NCBI GenBank assembly: GCA_002721365.1
Contig: PBKC01000059.1
Coordinates: 12,091 to 76,090 of the forward strand
Direction of reading: 5' to 3'
DNA length: 64,000 nt
Source of the DNA: Rhodospirillaceae bacterium
Lineage (GTDB): Bacteria; Pseudomonadota; Alphaproteobacteria; GCA-2721365
In this document: positions 51,190 through 62,813 of the stretch, in pieces
Layout of the letters: every line of letters begins with the position of its first letter
How positions within the stretch are numbered: the first letter of the stretch is position 1
Notes under the pieces: model-generated
Database searches by the model: none
Seen by the model: the letters and a program-made list of their open reading frames with translations, nothing else
Told to the model about the DNA's origin: nothing
Program-made: the position numbers and the translations under genes

Positions 51190-51840
51190 ATGGATTCCCT
51201 TACCGAGAGACTAAATCGCCTCTTCACCGGCATCGTCTTCGACATGCTGAGCGACATGGGACGGCCGGACCAGGTCCTGCCCGCCGATATCCAGCCGCTC
51301 GACCCGGCGGGCGGCGTGCTCGCCGGTCCGGTGTGGACCATGTCCGGGGTACCGACGACGAACATCTCGAAGGATCAGAGCCTGCTGCGCTGGACTGAGT
51401 TCCTGGGCGAGGCGCCGGCGGGCCACGTCGTCCTTTGCCAGCCCAACGACGCCCGCATCGCCCATATGGGCGAGCTGTCGGCGGAAACCCTGAAGATCCG
51501 TGGCGTCCGCGGCTATGTGGTCGACGGCGGCTGCCGTGACGTGAGTTCGGTGGTCGAGATGGGCTTCCCCACCTTCTGCCGCTATCACACGCCCTTCGAC
51601 ATCGTCGGCCGCTGGCGTGTGGACGAGATGGGGGGGCGCATCCGCATCGGCGAGGTATCGATCGTCATGGGTGACTACGTCATCGCCGACCGCGACGGAG
51701 TGGTCATCATCCCCGGCGACATCGCCGAGGAGGTCGTCGGCGCTGCGGAGGAGGCAGCCCGTACCGAAAATCACATGCGCTCGGCGATCCTCGACGGTAT
51801 GAACCCCCGCGACGCCTACCTCAAGTTCGGCAAGTTCTAG
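51190..51840 (+). CDS. RraA / HMG aldolase family
   Basis: HMGELS, VVDGGCRD, GDYVIADRDGVV. Confidence 0.9.
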   Translation: MDSLTERLNRLFTGIVFDMLSDMGRPDQVLPADIQPLDPAGGVLAGPVWTMSGVPTTNISKDQSLLRWTEFLGEAPAGHVVLCQPNDARIAHMGELSAETLKIRGVRGYVVDGGCRDVSSVVEMGFPTFCRYHTPFDIVGRWRVDEMGGRIRIGEVSIVMGDYVIADRDGVVIIPGDIAEEVVGAAEEAARTENHMRSAILDGMNPRDAYLKFGKF

Positions 51841-51915
51841 GTCTCGACGACGGGATTGGTGCGGGCCAAACGCTCGCGGAATCGCATCGTCGTCTCTTTC
51901 GTCAGGAGCATCAGC

Positions 51916-52704
51916 ATGGCGGAAACGCCCTATTCCCTTCCCCAGACCTTCCGTGTCGACGGTCAGGTGGCCGTCATCACCGGTGGCGCCGACGGTATCG
52001 GCCGGATGGCGGCGTTGACGCTGGCCGAAGCGGGCGCCCGCGTGGCGGTGACGGACATCGACGGCGATGCCGCGGCGGCAACCGCCGCGCATATCCGCGA
52101 CCTCGGCTGGCAGGCCGAGGCCTACACGCTGGATGTCGCCGACCGCGAAGCTGTCGTGGCCACGTTCGCCGGCATTGCCGAGCGTGAGGGCCGGATCGAC
52201 ATCCTGATCAACAATGCCGGCATCGCGAAGCGCGAGCCGACCGCCGACGTCACGCTGGAGACCTGGGACAAGGTCGTCGCGGTCAATCAGACGGCCGTCT
52301 TCCTGTGCTCGCGCGAAGCCGGCAAGGCGATGCTGAAGCAGAAGAGCGGCTGCATCGTCAACATCGCCTCGATGATGGGTCTGGTGGGCGGCGGCTTCTA
52401 TCCCAACCTCCCCTACCACGCCACCAAGGGCGCGGTGGTCAACATGACCCGCGCGCTGGCGGCCGAGTGGGCGCCGCACGGCATCCGCGTCAACGCGATC
52501 GCCCCGACGTTCGTCAAGACCAAGCTCACCGCCGGCCTGCAGGCCGACCCGACGATGATGGCCGAAATCCGCCGTCGCACCCCGATCGCGCGCATGGCCG
52601 AGGTGGAGGAGATGGCGGGCGGCATCCTGTTCCTGTCGTCGGCGGCCTCATCCATGGTCACCGGCCATACCCTCGCCATCGACGGCGGCTGGACCGCGGT
52701 GTGA
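51916..52704 (+). CDS. Short-chain dehydrogenase/reductase
   Basis: TGGADGIG, NNAG, YHATK, NAIAP. Confidence 0.93.
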   Translation: MAETPYSLPQTFRVDGQVAVITGGADGIGRMAALTLAEAGARVAVTDIDGDAAAATAAHIRDLGWQAEAYTLDVADREAVVATFAGIAEREGRIDILINNAGIAKREPTADVTLETWDKVVAVNQTAVFLCSREAGKAMLKQKSGCIVNIASMMGLVGGGFYPNLPYHATKGAVVNMTRALAAEWAPHGIRVNAIAPTFVKTKLTAGLQADPTMMAEIRRRTPIARMAEVEEMAGGILFLSSAASSMVTGHTLAIDGGWTAV

Positions 52705-52829
52705 CGACCGACGGACAGCGATCAGATAATTGCGGAAAGCGCAGCAATCCTGGCCCTTACGCCTGGATTATTTATTGCTGCGCATAATGTTATGGATCGC
52801 CCTTCGGTAACGGGCGGAGATTTGGCTCC

Positions 52830-54083
52830 ATGAGCAGACAATCGGACGCGCTCGAGTCGAGCGACGGGGCGGCGACGTTGCGGGAAGGGCTTCCTGCGGG
52901 GGTGGTCTGGGTAATCGTCGCCGGTTGCCTGGTCGCGTTGCTCGGCCTCGGCACGCGCTCGGGGTTCGGCCTGTTCCTCGCGCCGATGTCCGCGGATCTC
53001 GGCTGGGACCGCGAGACCTTCGCGCTGGCCATCGCAATTCAGAACCTGCTGTGGGGCCTGGGTCAGCCTTTTGCCGGCGCGATCGCCGACCGGTACGGCT
53101 CCGGCCGGGTGATCGCCATCGGCGGCCTGCTGTTCGCCGCCGGCATCGCCCTGATGAGTCAGGCAACGACACCGACGACGCTGTTTCTGTCGACCGGCGT
53201 GCTGGTCGGGCTGGGGCTCGCGGGCGCGTCCTTCTCGATCGTCCTCGCCGGCGTCGCCCGGGCCGTGCCCGAGGACCGCCGGTCCTGGGCGTTCGGCGTC
53301 ATCACGGCCGCCGGCTCACTCGGCCAGTTCATGATCGCGCCCCTGGGTCAGGCCTTCATCGCAGCCTATGGCTGGTCGACGGCCCTGCTGCTGATCGCCG
53401 TCCTGACTCTGTCGATCATTCCGCTGGCGCGGGCCCTCACCGGACGGAGCGGACCGTCCGGCGCGGATGTCGACCGCCAGACGGTGGGACAGGCGCTGCG
53501 GGAAGCGAGCTGCCATTCCGGCTATCGTTTCCTCACCGCCGGGTTCTTCGTCTGCGGCTTCCACGTCACCTTCATCCAGACCCATATGCCCGCCTATGTG
53601 ACCGACCTCGGACTCGCCGCCTCGGTCGGGGCCTGGGCGCTGGCGCTGGTCGGCCTGTTCAACGTCGCCGGGTCGTACATGTCGGGGGTGCTGGGCGGCC
53701 GCTACAGCAAGAAGTACCTGCTGAGCTCGCTCTATTTCGCCCGCGCCATCGCCATCGCCGTGTTCGTCTCGGTGCCGGCCAGCGAGGCGTCGGTCCTGAT
53801 CTTCTCCGCCGTCATGGGTCTTCTCTGGCTGTCCACGGTTCCGCTTACCTCGGGGCTCGTGGCGCAGATCTTCGGTCCGCGCTATGTCGGCACCCTGTTC
53901 GGAATCGTCTTCCTGAGCCACCAGCTCGGCGCCTTCCTCGGCGTCTGGCTGGGCGGCCGGGTCTACGACGTGACCGGGTCCTACGAGATCGTGTGGTGGA
54001 TCAGTGTCGGGCTCGGCATCGCCGCCGCCATCCTGCACTGGCCGATCGACGAGCGCCGTCTGACACGGATGGCGCGGGCCTGA
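52830..54083 (+). CDS. MFS transporter
   Basis: About 12 hydrophobic segments; GAIADRYGSG motif A. Confidence 0.92.
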   Translation: MSRQSDALESSDGAATLREGLPAGVVWVIVAGCLVALLGLGTRSGFGLFLAPMSADLGWDRETFALAIAIQNLLWGLGQPFAGAIADRYGSGRVIAIGGLLFAAGIALMSQATTPTTLFLSTGVLVGLGLAGASFSIVLAGVARAVPEDRRSWAFGVITAAGSLGQFMIAPLGQAFIAAYGWSTALLLIAVLTLSIIPLARALTGRSGPSGADVDRQTVGQALREASCHSGYRFLTAGFFVCGFHVTFIQTHMPAYVTDLGLAASVGAWALALVGLFNVAGSYMSGVLGGRYSKKYLLSSLYFARAIAIAVFVSVPASEASVLIFSAVMGLLWLSTVPLTSGLVAQIFGPRYVGTLFGIVFLSHQLGAFLGVWLGGRVYDVTGSYEIVWWISVGLGIAAAILHWPIDERRLTRMARA

Positions 54084-54091
54084 CGAGGTCC

Positions 54092-54469
54092 ATGGCAGCG
54101 GCCGGGGGGCAATCGCGCGGGCATGTTCTGGCGCTGGGCGTCCTGGCCGGGATCATCGTGCTCTGGGCGGGACTTATGGCCTTCGCGCTGGTCGAGGCAG
54201 CCCTGCCGACGCATGAGCATGGCGTCGTCGTCGTCGTCTTTCCGCCCGGCTTCGGCGACGAGACCGCCGTCTTCCATGCCGTTGTCGCGGCGGGCGGACG
54301 CCCGTTACGCGGAAGCTGGTTCGGGAATGTATGGACGGTCTCCGGTGACGATCCCGGCTTCGTCGGCCGGCTGAAGACGGCGGGCGCCTGGGGTGCCTTC
54401 GCCCCGGGCGTCTTCAGCCCCGTCTCTCTCGGCGGCTGTTTCTCGGCGCCACTGCCGCCTGCTTCCTGA
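54092..54469 (+). CDS. Membrane-anchored hypothetical protein
   Basis: One TM helix, then VVVVFPPG and GC near the C-terminus; ATG 8 bp after the MFS stop. Confidence 0.7.
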   Translation: MAAAGGQSRGHVLALGVLAGIIVLWAGLMAFALVEAALPTHEHGVVVVVFPPGFGDETAVFHAVVAAGGRPLRGSWFGNVWTVSGDDPGFVGRLKTAGAWGAFAPGVFSPVSLGGCFSAPLPPAS

Positions 54470-54476
54470 GAGACGT

Positions 54477-55055
54477 CTACTCCGACTTGAGGCCCTTCAG
54501 CCGCTCGAGGTTCTGCTTGGCCACCGTATAGCCGTAGTCGGCCGACATGGTGTACCAGCGCTTGGCCTCGTCGAGGTCTTTCGGCACCCCTCGCCCCGTT
54601 TCGTAGAGCTTGCCGAGCGCGTTCTGAGCAAACGCGGAGCCATCCTTGGGGCCGCGGTTGCCCGGCCATCGTTTCTCGATATCCGTCTGCTCGGCCGAGA
54701 GGCGATACCACTTGGCCGCCTCCTCGTAGTTCTGCTCGACGCCGCTTCCCTTCTCGTACAGGGCGCCGAGGCCGAACTGGCCCGAGGGGTAGCCCTGCCC
54801 GGCGGACGCCTGGTAGTACGCGAGGGCTTTCCCGTAGTCCTTTTCGACCGCGAGACCGTTCTGGTACATCGCGCCCAGGGCATACTGGGCGCGGGCGTCG
54901 CCGTCCTCGGCCAAGGGCTCCAGCAGGTCTTTCGCCTTCTCGAAGCGGCCGGTGTTGAACGCCGCCTGGGCTTCGTCGAAGTCGGCAAGGGCATCGCCGC
55001 CGAACCCCAGAGCGGCGACGATCACCGCGGACCGGACCCAGTTTCCCGTGGCCAT
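54477..55055 (-). CDS. Sel1-repeat protein, secreted
   Basis: AQYALGAMYQNG and AAKWYRLSAEQ repeats. Confidence 0.9.
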   Translation of the reverse strand: MATGNWVRSAVIVAALGFGGDALADFDEAQAAFNTGRFEKAKDLLEPLAEDGDARAQYALGAMYQNGLAVEKDYGKALAYYQASAGQGYPSGQFGLGALYEKGSGVEQNYEEAAKWYRLSAEQTDIEKRWPGNRGPKDGSAFAQNALGKLYETGRGVPKDLDEAKRWYTMSADYGYTVAKQNLERLKGLKSE

Positions 55056-55104
55056 GGGGCGTTCCCTTTCTCTCCGTTGCGGTAGGGCTTCGGCCTGACA
55101 GCGG

Positions 55105-56715
<1,611 letters not shown>

Positions 56716-56815
56716 CGCACCATTCCCCACTCGATCTCGGCGTATTACTTTTGCGCCGAGGATCGCCCTTTCGCGGGGGGCTTGCAACAACCGATGGCCG
56801 GGCGTCGGGCAGGAT

Positions 56816-57385
56816 TCAGCGGGTCGCCATCCAGCGAACGATCCGAAGGGCGGTCGCAGTGAAGAAGCCGAAGCGGTCGCGAATGGCGGACTGGTCGATC
56901 CCCTTCGGGTCGGCGAGCACGTCGGCCAGGGGACGCGTGTCGAGATTGATGTCGGCCAGCAGTTCGTCGCGGCTAAGACGGCCGTCGCCATCGGCGTCGT
57001 ACCATTTGACGATCCTCTCCGGCCCGATACGGTCGAACAGCCACAGGCCGGAGGTCAGCGAAGCCTTCCCGCGCAAGGTCAGAATTTCCGCCCCCTTGTC
57101 CAGCCAGGCATCGAGCCCCTGCCGAAACGCACCGAGTTCGGACGCGCTGGCGTAACCGTCGCCGTCACGGTCGATGAATCCCCACCAAAGGCTGATGCAG
57201 CGGTCGGATGCCTCCTGGCGGCAGGCGGGCGAGCCCTTCTCGATATAGCTCTGGACCTCGTCGACGCCGGGGACACCCTTCTCGTCCGCCAAGGTTCCGG
57301 TCGCGAGGCCCGCAACCAGGATCGCGCCAAGGCCGGCGCGCTTAAGCGACCGATCCCACTCGCGTAGCGGAGCGCGGCCGATCAT
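56816..57385 (-). CDS. Secreted EF-hand protein
   Basis: Signal peptide; [12 protein letters not shown] and [12 protein letters not shown] loops. Confidence 0.8.
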   Translation of the reverse strand: MIGRAPLREWDRSLKRAGLGAILVAGLATGTLADEKGVPGVDEVQSYIEKGSPACRQEASDRCISLWWGFIDRDGDGYASASELGAFRQGLDAWLDKGAEILTLRGKASLTSGLWLFDRIGPERIVKWYDADGDGRLSRDELLADINLDTRPLADVLADPKGIDQSAIRDRFGFFTATALRIVRWMATR

Positions 57386-57389
57386 GCGG

Positions 57390-57881
57390 CTATTTCTTTC
57401 GGAATGCGTCGAGAGTGACGACTTTTTCGGCCGCTGGAGGTGCTTCATCGCTCTCGCTTTCGATCCGCTCTTCCTCGCTCCGGCCATCATCGTCCGCGTC
57501 GAGCGGCAGAGGCTCGGCGTCGTCGCCCTCCTCCTTGAACTGCAGTCCGAACTGGACACTGGGGTCGACGAAGGTGGTGACCGCCGCGAAAGGCACGAAC
57601 AGACGCTGGGGCTGCCTGCTGAAGCTCAGGGTCACGAAGAAGCCGTCCTCGGTCACTTCCAGCCCCCAGAACTGGTGCTGGAGGATGATCGTCATCTCCT
57701 CCGGGAAACGGGCCAGCAGCGAATCCGGGATTTCGACGCCGGGATAGCGGGTGAGGAAGGTGATGTAGAAGTGATGCTCGCCCGGCAGTCCATCACGGGC
57801 AACGTCGTCAAGAAGCCGGGATACCAGCCCTCGCATGGCATCCAGCATTCGCGCCTTGTAATCGATGAGGTCTTTCGCCAT
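57390..57881 (-). CDS. sspB: SspB (alphaproteobacterial ClpXP adaptor)
   Basis: GLPGEHHFYITF.T, MTIILQHQFW.L, F.DPSVQFGLQF, C-terminal KVVTLDAFRKK. Confidence 0.93.
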   Translation of the reverse strand: MAKDLIDYKARMLDAMRGLVSRLLDDVARDGLPGEHHFYITFLTRYPGVEIPDSLLARFPEEMTIILQHQFWGLEVTEDGFFVTLSFSRQPQRLFVPFAAVTTFVDPSVQFGLQFKEEGDDAEPLPLDADDDGRSEEERIESESDEAPPAAEKVVTLDAFRKK

Positions 57882-57914
57882 GACCGCTTGAGCTGGAGCC
57901 GGAGGGAAACAACG

Positions 57915-58192
57915 GAAGTGGGGGGCTTCTGTTGCCCGGTGCCCCCCGAACCGCGCTTGCTTAGATGTTAAGCAGCGAGGGCCAAATCGTTATCATTGGC
58001 ACTTGTGAAGATGACCCGATAACGGCGGTATCATGCCGAGCGAAAGCTAACGTCTTTACTACGCATGTCGAGCCTGTTTCGCCCCCTCATGCCGGCCTCG
58101 GAAAGGCCTGAGTGGTGGAGGCGCCGGGCACTGCCCCCGGGTCCAAAACGCCTATTTCACGCGCCCTGTATCGCCATAGTCGGTTACCCGAC
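57915..58192 (-). ncRNA. ssrA: Two-piece (circularly permuted) tmRNA
   Basis: On the minus strand: acceptor piece ending GGACCCGGGGGCAGTGCCCGGCGCCTCCACCA (58113); 26-nt intervening segment; coding piece starting GGGGGCGAAACAGG (58086); tag ANDNDLALAA* at 58000-57968. Outer ends approximate. Confidence 0.93.
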
Positions 58193-58261
58193 GCCCCTAA
58201 TATAGGCGTCGGCGGCCCAGCTTCAAAGGCCCGATTGCGACCAGCAGCTATCCGATTCCGC

Positions 58262-58296
58262 AAAATAAAAAGGGCGGCACCGGTTGGCGCCGCCCT
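58262..58296 (-). terminator. Rho-independent terminator
   Basis: AGGGCGGCGCC-AACC-GGTGCCGCCCT followed by TTTTATTTTG on the minus strand. Confidence 0.8.
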
Positions 58297-58329
58297 CTCA
58301 TGTCCGGCCCCTCAGGGGAGCCTTCGACG

Positions 58330-58833
58330 TCAGTTCAACATGTCGGACACGGCATCGATGCCGGCCTGGGCGCACTGCTCATCCTCTTCCGCCCGCGCGC
58401 CGCTGACGCCGATCGCACCGACGTGCTGCTTGTCGGCGGTCATGATCGGCAGGCCGCCGGCGAAGGCGGCGACACCCGGCACCTGGGCGATGCCCGGGAC
58501 ACGGCCCGGCTGTCCATCCTTGCCGTAAGCGATCTCGGCGACGGCCGAGGTCGGGAACGGGAAGTTGGCCGAGGTCTGAGCCTTGAGCTGCGAGATCTGG
58601 ACACTGCCCAGGAACGCGCCGTCCATCCGGCGGAAGAGAACCAGATCGGCGCCCGAATCGACGATCGCGATGTTCATCTTCCAGCCCTTCTCCTTGGCCA
58701 TGGCCTCACAGCCATCGGCCATCGCCTTGGCGACGTCGAGCGAGAGAGCCTTTTCGGAGTCGAGCGCCATGGCGTTGGTGCTGGCCAGAGCGACCGTCAT
58801 GCCGGCCGCGATCGCAATGCTGCGGAAGTTCAT
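58330..58833 (-). CDS. GlcG/HbpS family heme-binding protein, secreted
   Basis: Signal peptide; IAIVDSGA.L..F.RMDGA, KAQTS, FAGGLPI, GAIGVSG. Confidence 0.9.
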   Translation of the reverse strand: MNFRSIAIAAGMTVALASTNAMALDSEKALSLDVAKAMADGCEAMAKEKGWKMNIAIVDSGADLVLFRRMDGAFLGSVQISQLKAQTSANFPFPTSAVAEIAYGKDGQPGRVPGIAQVPGVAAFAGGLPIMTADKQHVGAIGVSGARAEEDEQCAQAGIDAVSDMLN

Positions 58834-59055
58834 ACTTCTCCTCCTCGATGATCCAATCGATGTGGTGGGTACGGCGTTTCCCCTCACCGCCGATAGGCCA
58901 ACTAGGTTGCAAAACCGCGGCGGCAAGGGTGTCTCGGTCCGCAATTCCCCAATGCGGCGCAAAAGTGCTTCTTCCCGGTGAACCCGTCGGTCCGCCGACA
59001 GTGGCGTCGGCGAGCCGCCGCCGCTAATCTCGGCGCGACAGCGGACAGTGGGGGA

Positions 59056-59997
59056 ATGATGGCGCTCGATCCGGAACAGACGGCAGAAATCGAGGCGGCG
59101 CGCGCCGCGCGCAGCGAAACGCGGCGTCCATCGGTTCCCGAACTCGAGGAAATTCTCTTCGAGCCGCTGCCGGTGCTGGACCACGGCTTCGTCCGTGTCG
59201 TCGACTACATGGGCGACGACGCCGCGGTGGTGCAGGCGGCACGGGTCTCCTATGGAAAGGGGACGCGCCGGGTCAGCGAGGATCGCGGGCTGATCAACTA
59301 CCTGATGCGCCACCGGCATACGACGCCGTTCGAAATGTGCGAGATCAAATTCCACGTGAAGCTGCCGATCTTCGTGGCGCGCCAGTGGATCAGGCACCGG
59401 ACGGCGAACGTGAACGAGTACAGCGCCCGCTACTCGATCCTCGACAAGGAATTCTATGTTCCGGCGCCCGAGCACTTGGCCGAGCAGTCGTCGAGCAACC
59501 GGCAGGGCCGGGGAACTGTGATCGAAGGCCCGCAGGCCGAGAAGGTCCTGGCGCTCCTGCGCGCGGACTCGGAACAGCTTTACGACCACTATCTCGATCT
59601 GCTGAACACCGATGACGCCGGCGATCCGATAGATCCCGAACGCCCGGCGCTGGCCCGCGAGCTGGCGCGAATGAACCTGTCGCTCAATTACTATACGCAG
59701 TGGTACTGGAAAACCGACCTTCACAACCTTCTGCACTTCCTGTCGCTCCGTGCCGACCCGCACGCGCAGTATGAAATCAGGGCCTATGCCGAGGCGATGC
59801 TGGACGTCGTCGCGCGCTGGGTGCCGCTTTGCCACCAGGCGTTCCAGGACTACCGGCTGAACGCGGCCATGCTTTCGGCCGGCGGCTTGGCGGTCGTTCG
59901 CCGCATGCTCGCGGGCGAGACCGTCACCCAGCCGGACAGCGGCCTGAGCGCCCGCGAGTGGCGCGAGCTGATGGCGGTGCTGGGACGCGACGCATAA
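59056..59997 (+). CDS. thyX: Flavin-dependent thymidylate synthase
   Basis: [27 protein letters not shown]. Confidence 0.96.
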   Translation: MMALDPEQTAEIEAARAARSETRRPSVPELEEILFEPLPVLDHGFVRVVDYMGDDAAVVQAARVSYGKGTRRVSEDRGLINYLMRHRHTTPFEMCEIKFHVKLPIFVARQWIRHRTANVNEYSARYSILDKEFYVPAPEHLAEQSSSNRQGRGTVIEGPQAEKVLALLRADSEQLYDHYLDLLNTDDAGDPIDPERPALARELARMNLSLNYYTQWYWKTDLHNLLHFLSLRADPHAQYEIRAYAEAMLDVVARWVPLCHQAFQDYRLNAAMLSAGGLAVVRRMLAGETVTQPDSGLSAREWRELMAVLGRDA

Positions 59998-60033
59998 AGC
60001 GCGATCACCTCGGAACGCGAGGTGGGAGCTTCT

Positions 60034-62001
60034 CTATTCTGTCGATTTCGATCGAGACCGATCGAACGGGATATCCGCCGGCGCCACCTGTTCGCGGAAC
60101 GCCGCGACCGAGACCGCTTTCCCCCCGAGCTGGTTAAGAAAGAAGGCGAAAAAGCCGTCCATCCGCTCCAGGAACCGGCGCTGATCTTCCTCTGTCTTCA
60201 CATAGCCCGTGGCGCCCGGCAGCAGGGTCGAGCTGTGATAGGTGTAGCAGAAGACCTTGTGGCCCCGACCTACCATCGCCCGCACCAGCCGGATCTGTTC
60301 GTCGAGCGTCACGCCTTCCGGCGTCAGCGTAATCCGGTCGAGCAGCTTGAGGGCCGCGAACAAGCCCGGAAGGCGTAGCGTCTCACCGAGACGCGACCCG
60401 ATCACCGGGAAGATCGCATAACCCCACCGCCACAGAAGGCCACAGAAGCCACGTGTGAGCGGGACCTCCAGGAGATCCCTCTCGCCACCGAACCAGAACG
60501 GACGGTCGGGGAGTCCTCGGAAATCCGGCCCCCCTTTCCACCGGAAGCTGGTATGCGGAACGACGCTGACGTCGGTGTCATAGCCCAGCGACCGCAATAT
60601 CCGCATCGTCGAGGGCCCCAGGCCGTAGCGGCCGGCCTTGTAGATGCGGGGACGCCGGCCGAACCGCTGCTGGATGCGGTCGGTGAGGGCGTGAAGCTTC
60701 CCGTATTCGAGGGCGAACGGCAGGTTGCCGGGATAGGAGTGGTGAGCGCTCTCGACCTCCACATAGGGCGGGTTCACCCAGGGCTGGAGATGGGAGCCGA
60801 TCTCACACCGCCCATCGGCGAGGAAGCCCGCGATGACCGCAGCCGCGTCGTCGTCGTTGGCCACCGGGTAATCGAGGACATAGGTGGGGACGATGCCGTA
60901 GCGATCGTGGATCTCCTGCGCGAGCGGCTGCAGGGCGATCGATTCCACCGAGGTGTTGTACTTGGAGAAGGGCTGGGTCCAATCGAACTCCTCCTCGGTA
61001 TCGACGATCACCATCAACAGCGGCGGCATGCCGTCGGACATCGAGACCAGTGGCCATGCCGCCGTGCTTTCTCCGCGCAGCAGGCGCTTCGCGAATCGGG
61101 CGGGCGGCGAGGCGGTCATCAGATAGCGGAAGGTCTGCCACGGCGCGGCCCCCTGAGCTATCGCGCCGCAAAGCAGACGAAGGCCGTGGAACGGATGGCC
61201 GTTCACGTACTGGTTGCGGCCGATATTGGTGTAGCGCTCAGCAAGCACCGCCCGTCTGTCGGCCCGTTCCAGGCGATCGGCGTAGCGTCTGAGATTGCGG
61301 TGGACCACCGACAGGATAGGGACCGCACCACCGCCGCGCGCGAGGCCGGTAAGACCATCGGGTTGGTCATGAACCCTGACCAGGGTCTCGTCGAGATGGC
61401 CGATCGGACCGCGGCCGGCGAGCCTGATCCAAAGGTCCTGGTCCTCCCCGACCGGGAGGTCGGGATCGAAACCGCCGACATCGAGCAGCGCCTGCCGGCG
61501 GACGACAACGGATGGGGTCGCCACGCAGGAATGCTTGAGCAGAGTCTTCCACCCTTCGTGCCCGACCGCACGGCGGCGATTCGGGTCGACCTTGCCGCAC
61601 ATGCGTCCGGTCTCGTCCACCAGCTCCGAATCGCAGGAAACGAAAACGAGGTCGGGGTCGGATTCGAAGGTCGCGAGCTGACGGTCGAGCTTTCCGGGAA
61701 GCCATGCATCGTCGGCATCCAGGAACGCTACGTAGTGGCCGCGCGCATGCCGGATCCCCAGATTACGTGCCGCCGCCGCGCCCGACCGCGCCTCGGTCCG
61801 CAGCAGCCGGACTTTCAGGTCGGAGAAAGCACGGACAATGTCGGCGGTGCCGTCGACGCTTGAATCGTCGACGACGATCACCTCCATGTCGCCGCGTCCT
61901 TGAGCGGCCACCGACGCAAGCGCCCGCGCGATCGTCGTCGCGGCGTTGTAGGCCGGAACGATCACGGTGACGCTGGGATGTGCCGGATCCGCCGTGGCCA
62001 T
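60034..62001 (-). CDS. GT2 glycosyltransferase fused to WalW-like polysaccharide deacetylase
   Basis: N-terminal VIVPAYN, VVDD, FLDADD, EDQDLW; C-terminal VDTEEEFDW, PWVNPP, YKAGRYG, YHSSTLLPG. Confidence 0.88.
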   Translation of the reverse strand: MATADPAHPSVTVIVPAYNAATTIARALASVAAQGRGDMEVIVVDDSSVDGTADIVRAFSDLKVRLLRTEARSGAAAARNLGIRHARGHYVAFLDADDAWLPGKLDRQLATFESDPDLVFVSCDSELVDETGRMCGKVDPNRRRAVGHEGWKTLLKHSCVATPSVVVRRQALLDVGGFDPDLPVGEDQDLWIRLAGRGPIGHLDETLVRVHDQPDGLTGLARGGGAVPILSVVHRNLRRYADRLERADRRAVLAERYTNIGRNQYVNGHPFHGLRLLCGAIAQGAAPWQTFRYLMTASPPARFAKRLLRGESTAAWPLVSMSDGMPPLLMVIVDTEEEFDWTQPFSKYNTSVESIALQPLAQEIHDRYGIVPTYVLDYPVANDDDAAAVIAGFLADGRCEIGSHLQPWVNPPYVEVESAHHSYPGNLPFALEYGKLHALTDRIQQRFGRRPRIYKAGRYGLGPSTMRILRSLGYDTDVSVVPHTSFRWKGGPDFRGLPDRPFWFGGERDLLEVPLTRGFCGLLWRWGYAIFPVIGSRLGETLRLPGLFAALKLLDRITLTPEGVTLDEQIRLVRAMVGRGHKVFCYTYHSSTLLPGATGYVKTEEDQRRFLERMDGFFAFFLNQLGGKAVSVAAFREQVAPADIPFDRSRSKSTE

Positions 62002-62246
62002 CGAGACCGTCTTACCCACGGGAATGGCCGGCCTGCCGACACGAACGTGAAACTGCGGCTTCCAAGCGCCATGCGGCAGCGGCTGCTTGCCCCGATCCGA
62101 CCACTTACGCCCTTGTGATTGAATTTCCCCCCAGCGATGCGCCCAGAGTCCCGCAGGCAATCTTCAGTCGCAACGCAAAATCGACTTCGGGTGGAAGAAG
62201 ACGAGGGAAAATGCCGCGCCGGACGCGTCCGAGCCGGGAAATCCGG

Positions 62247-62711
62247 TCAGAAAGCTCTGGCGCGGCGCTTTTCGACATATTGCTGGTGATAGTCCTCGGC
62301 CCGCCAGAAATCGGAGGTCGGGGCGATCTGGGTGACGATCGGGCGGGGGAACCGGCTGGATGCCTCCATCCGCGCCTTCGACGCCTCGGCCGCCGCCCGT
62401 TGGGCATCGTCGTGATAGAAGATCGCCGACCGATACTGGGTGCCGATGTCGGGCCCTTGCTGGTTCAGCGTCGTCGGATCGTGAATCTCCCAGAACACAT
62501 CGAGCAGGTTCTCGTAGGACACGCGCGCGGGATCGAAATCGACCTGCAGAACTTCGGCATGTCCGGTCCGGCCGGTGCAAACGTCCTCATAGCTGGGATT
62601 GACCGTGTCGCCGCCTTCATAGCCGACGACCGTTTCTGTGACGCCATCGACACGGCGGAACGCCTCCTCCACCCCCCAGAAGCACCCCGCCGCGAATGTC
62701 GCCTTGGCCAT
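62247..62711 (-). CDS. msrA: Peptide methionine sulfoxide reductase A
   Basis: [24 protein letters not shown]. Confidence 0.97.
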   Translation of the reverse strand: MAKATFAAGCFWGVEEAFRRVDGVTETVVGYEGGDTVNPSYEDVCTGRTGHAEVLQVDFDPARVSYENLLDVFWEIHDPTTLNQQGPDIGTQYRSAIFYHDDAQRAAAEASKARMEASSRFPRPIVTQIAPTSDFWRAEDYHQQYVEKRRARAF

Positions 62712-62813
62712 TATCCTCTTCTCCTCATTATCGCGTTCTTTGCGCGGTTATCCCGCCGAGACCGAACGATCAACGCCGGGCGATCGCTCTCGAAATCCAC
62801 CGGACGGTCCGAA

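Noticed and set aside
57915-58300. tmRNA as a prophage or island integration site
   Set aside because: No duplicated tmRNA end, no integrase, and the flanks are housekeeping genes.
58112-58528. ORF MVEAPGTAPGS...
   Set aside because: It is the reverse complement of the tmRNA acceptor and T-arm, a known false-ORF pattern.
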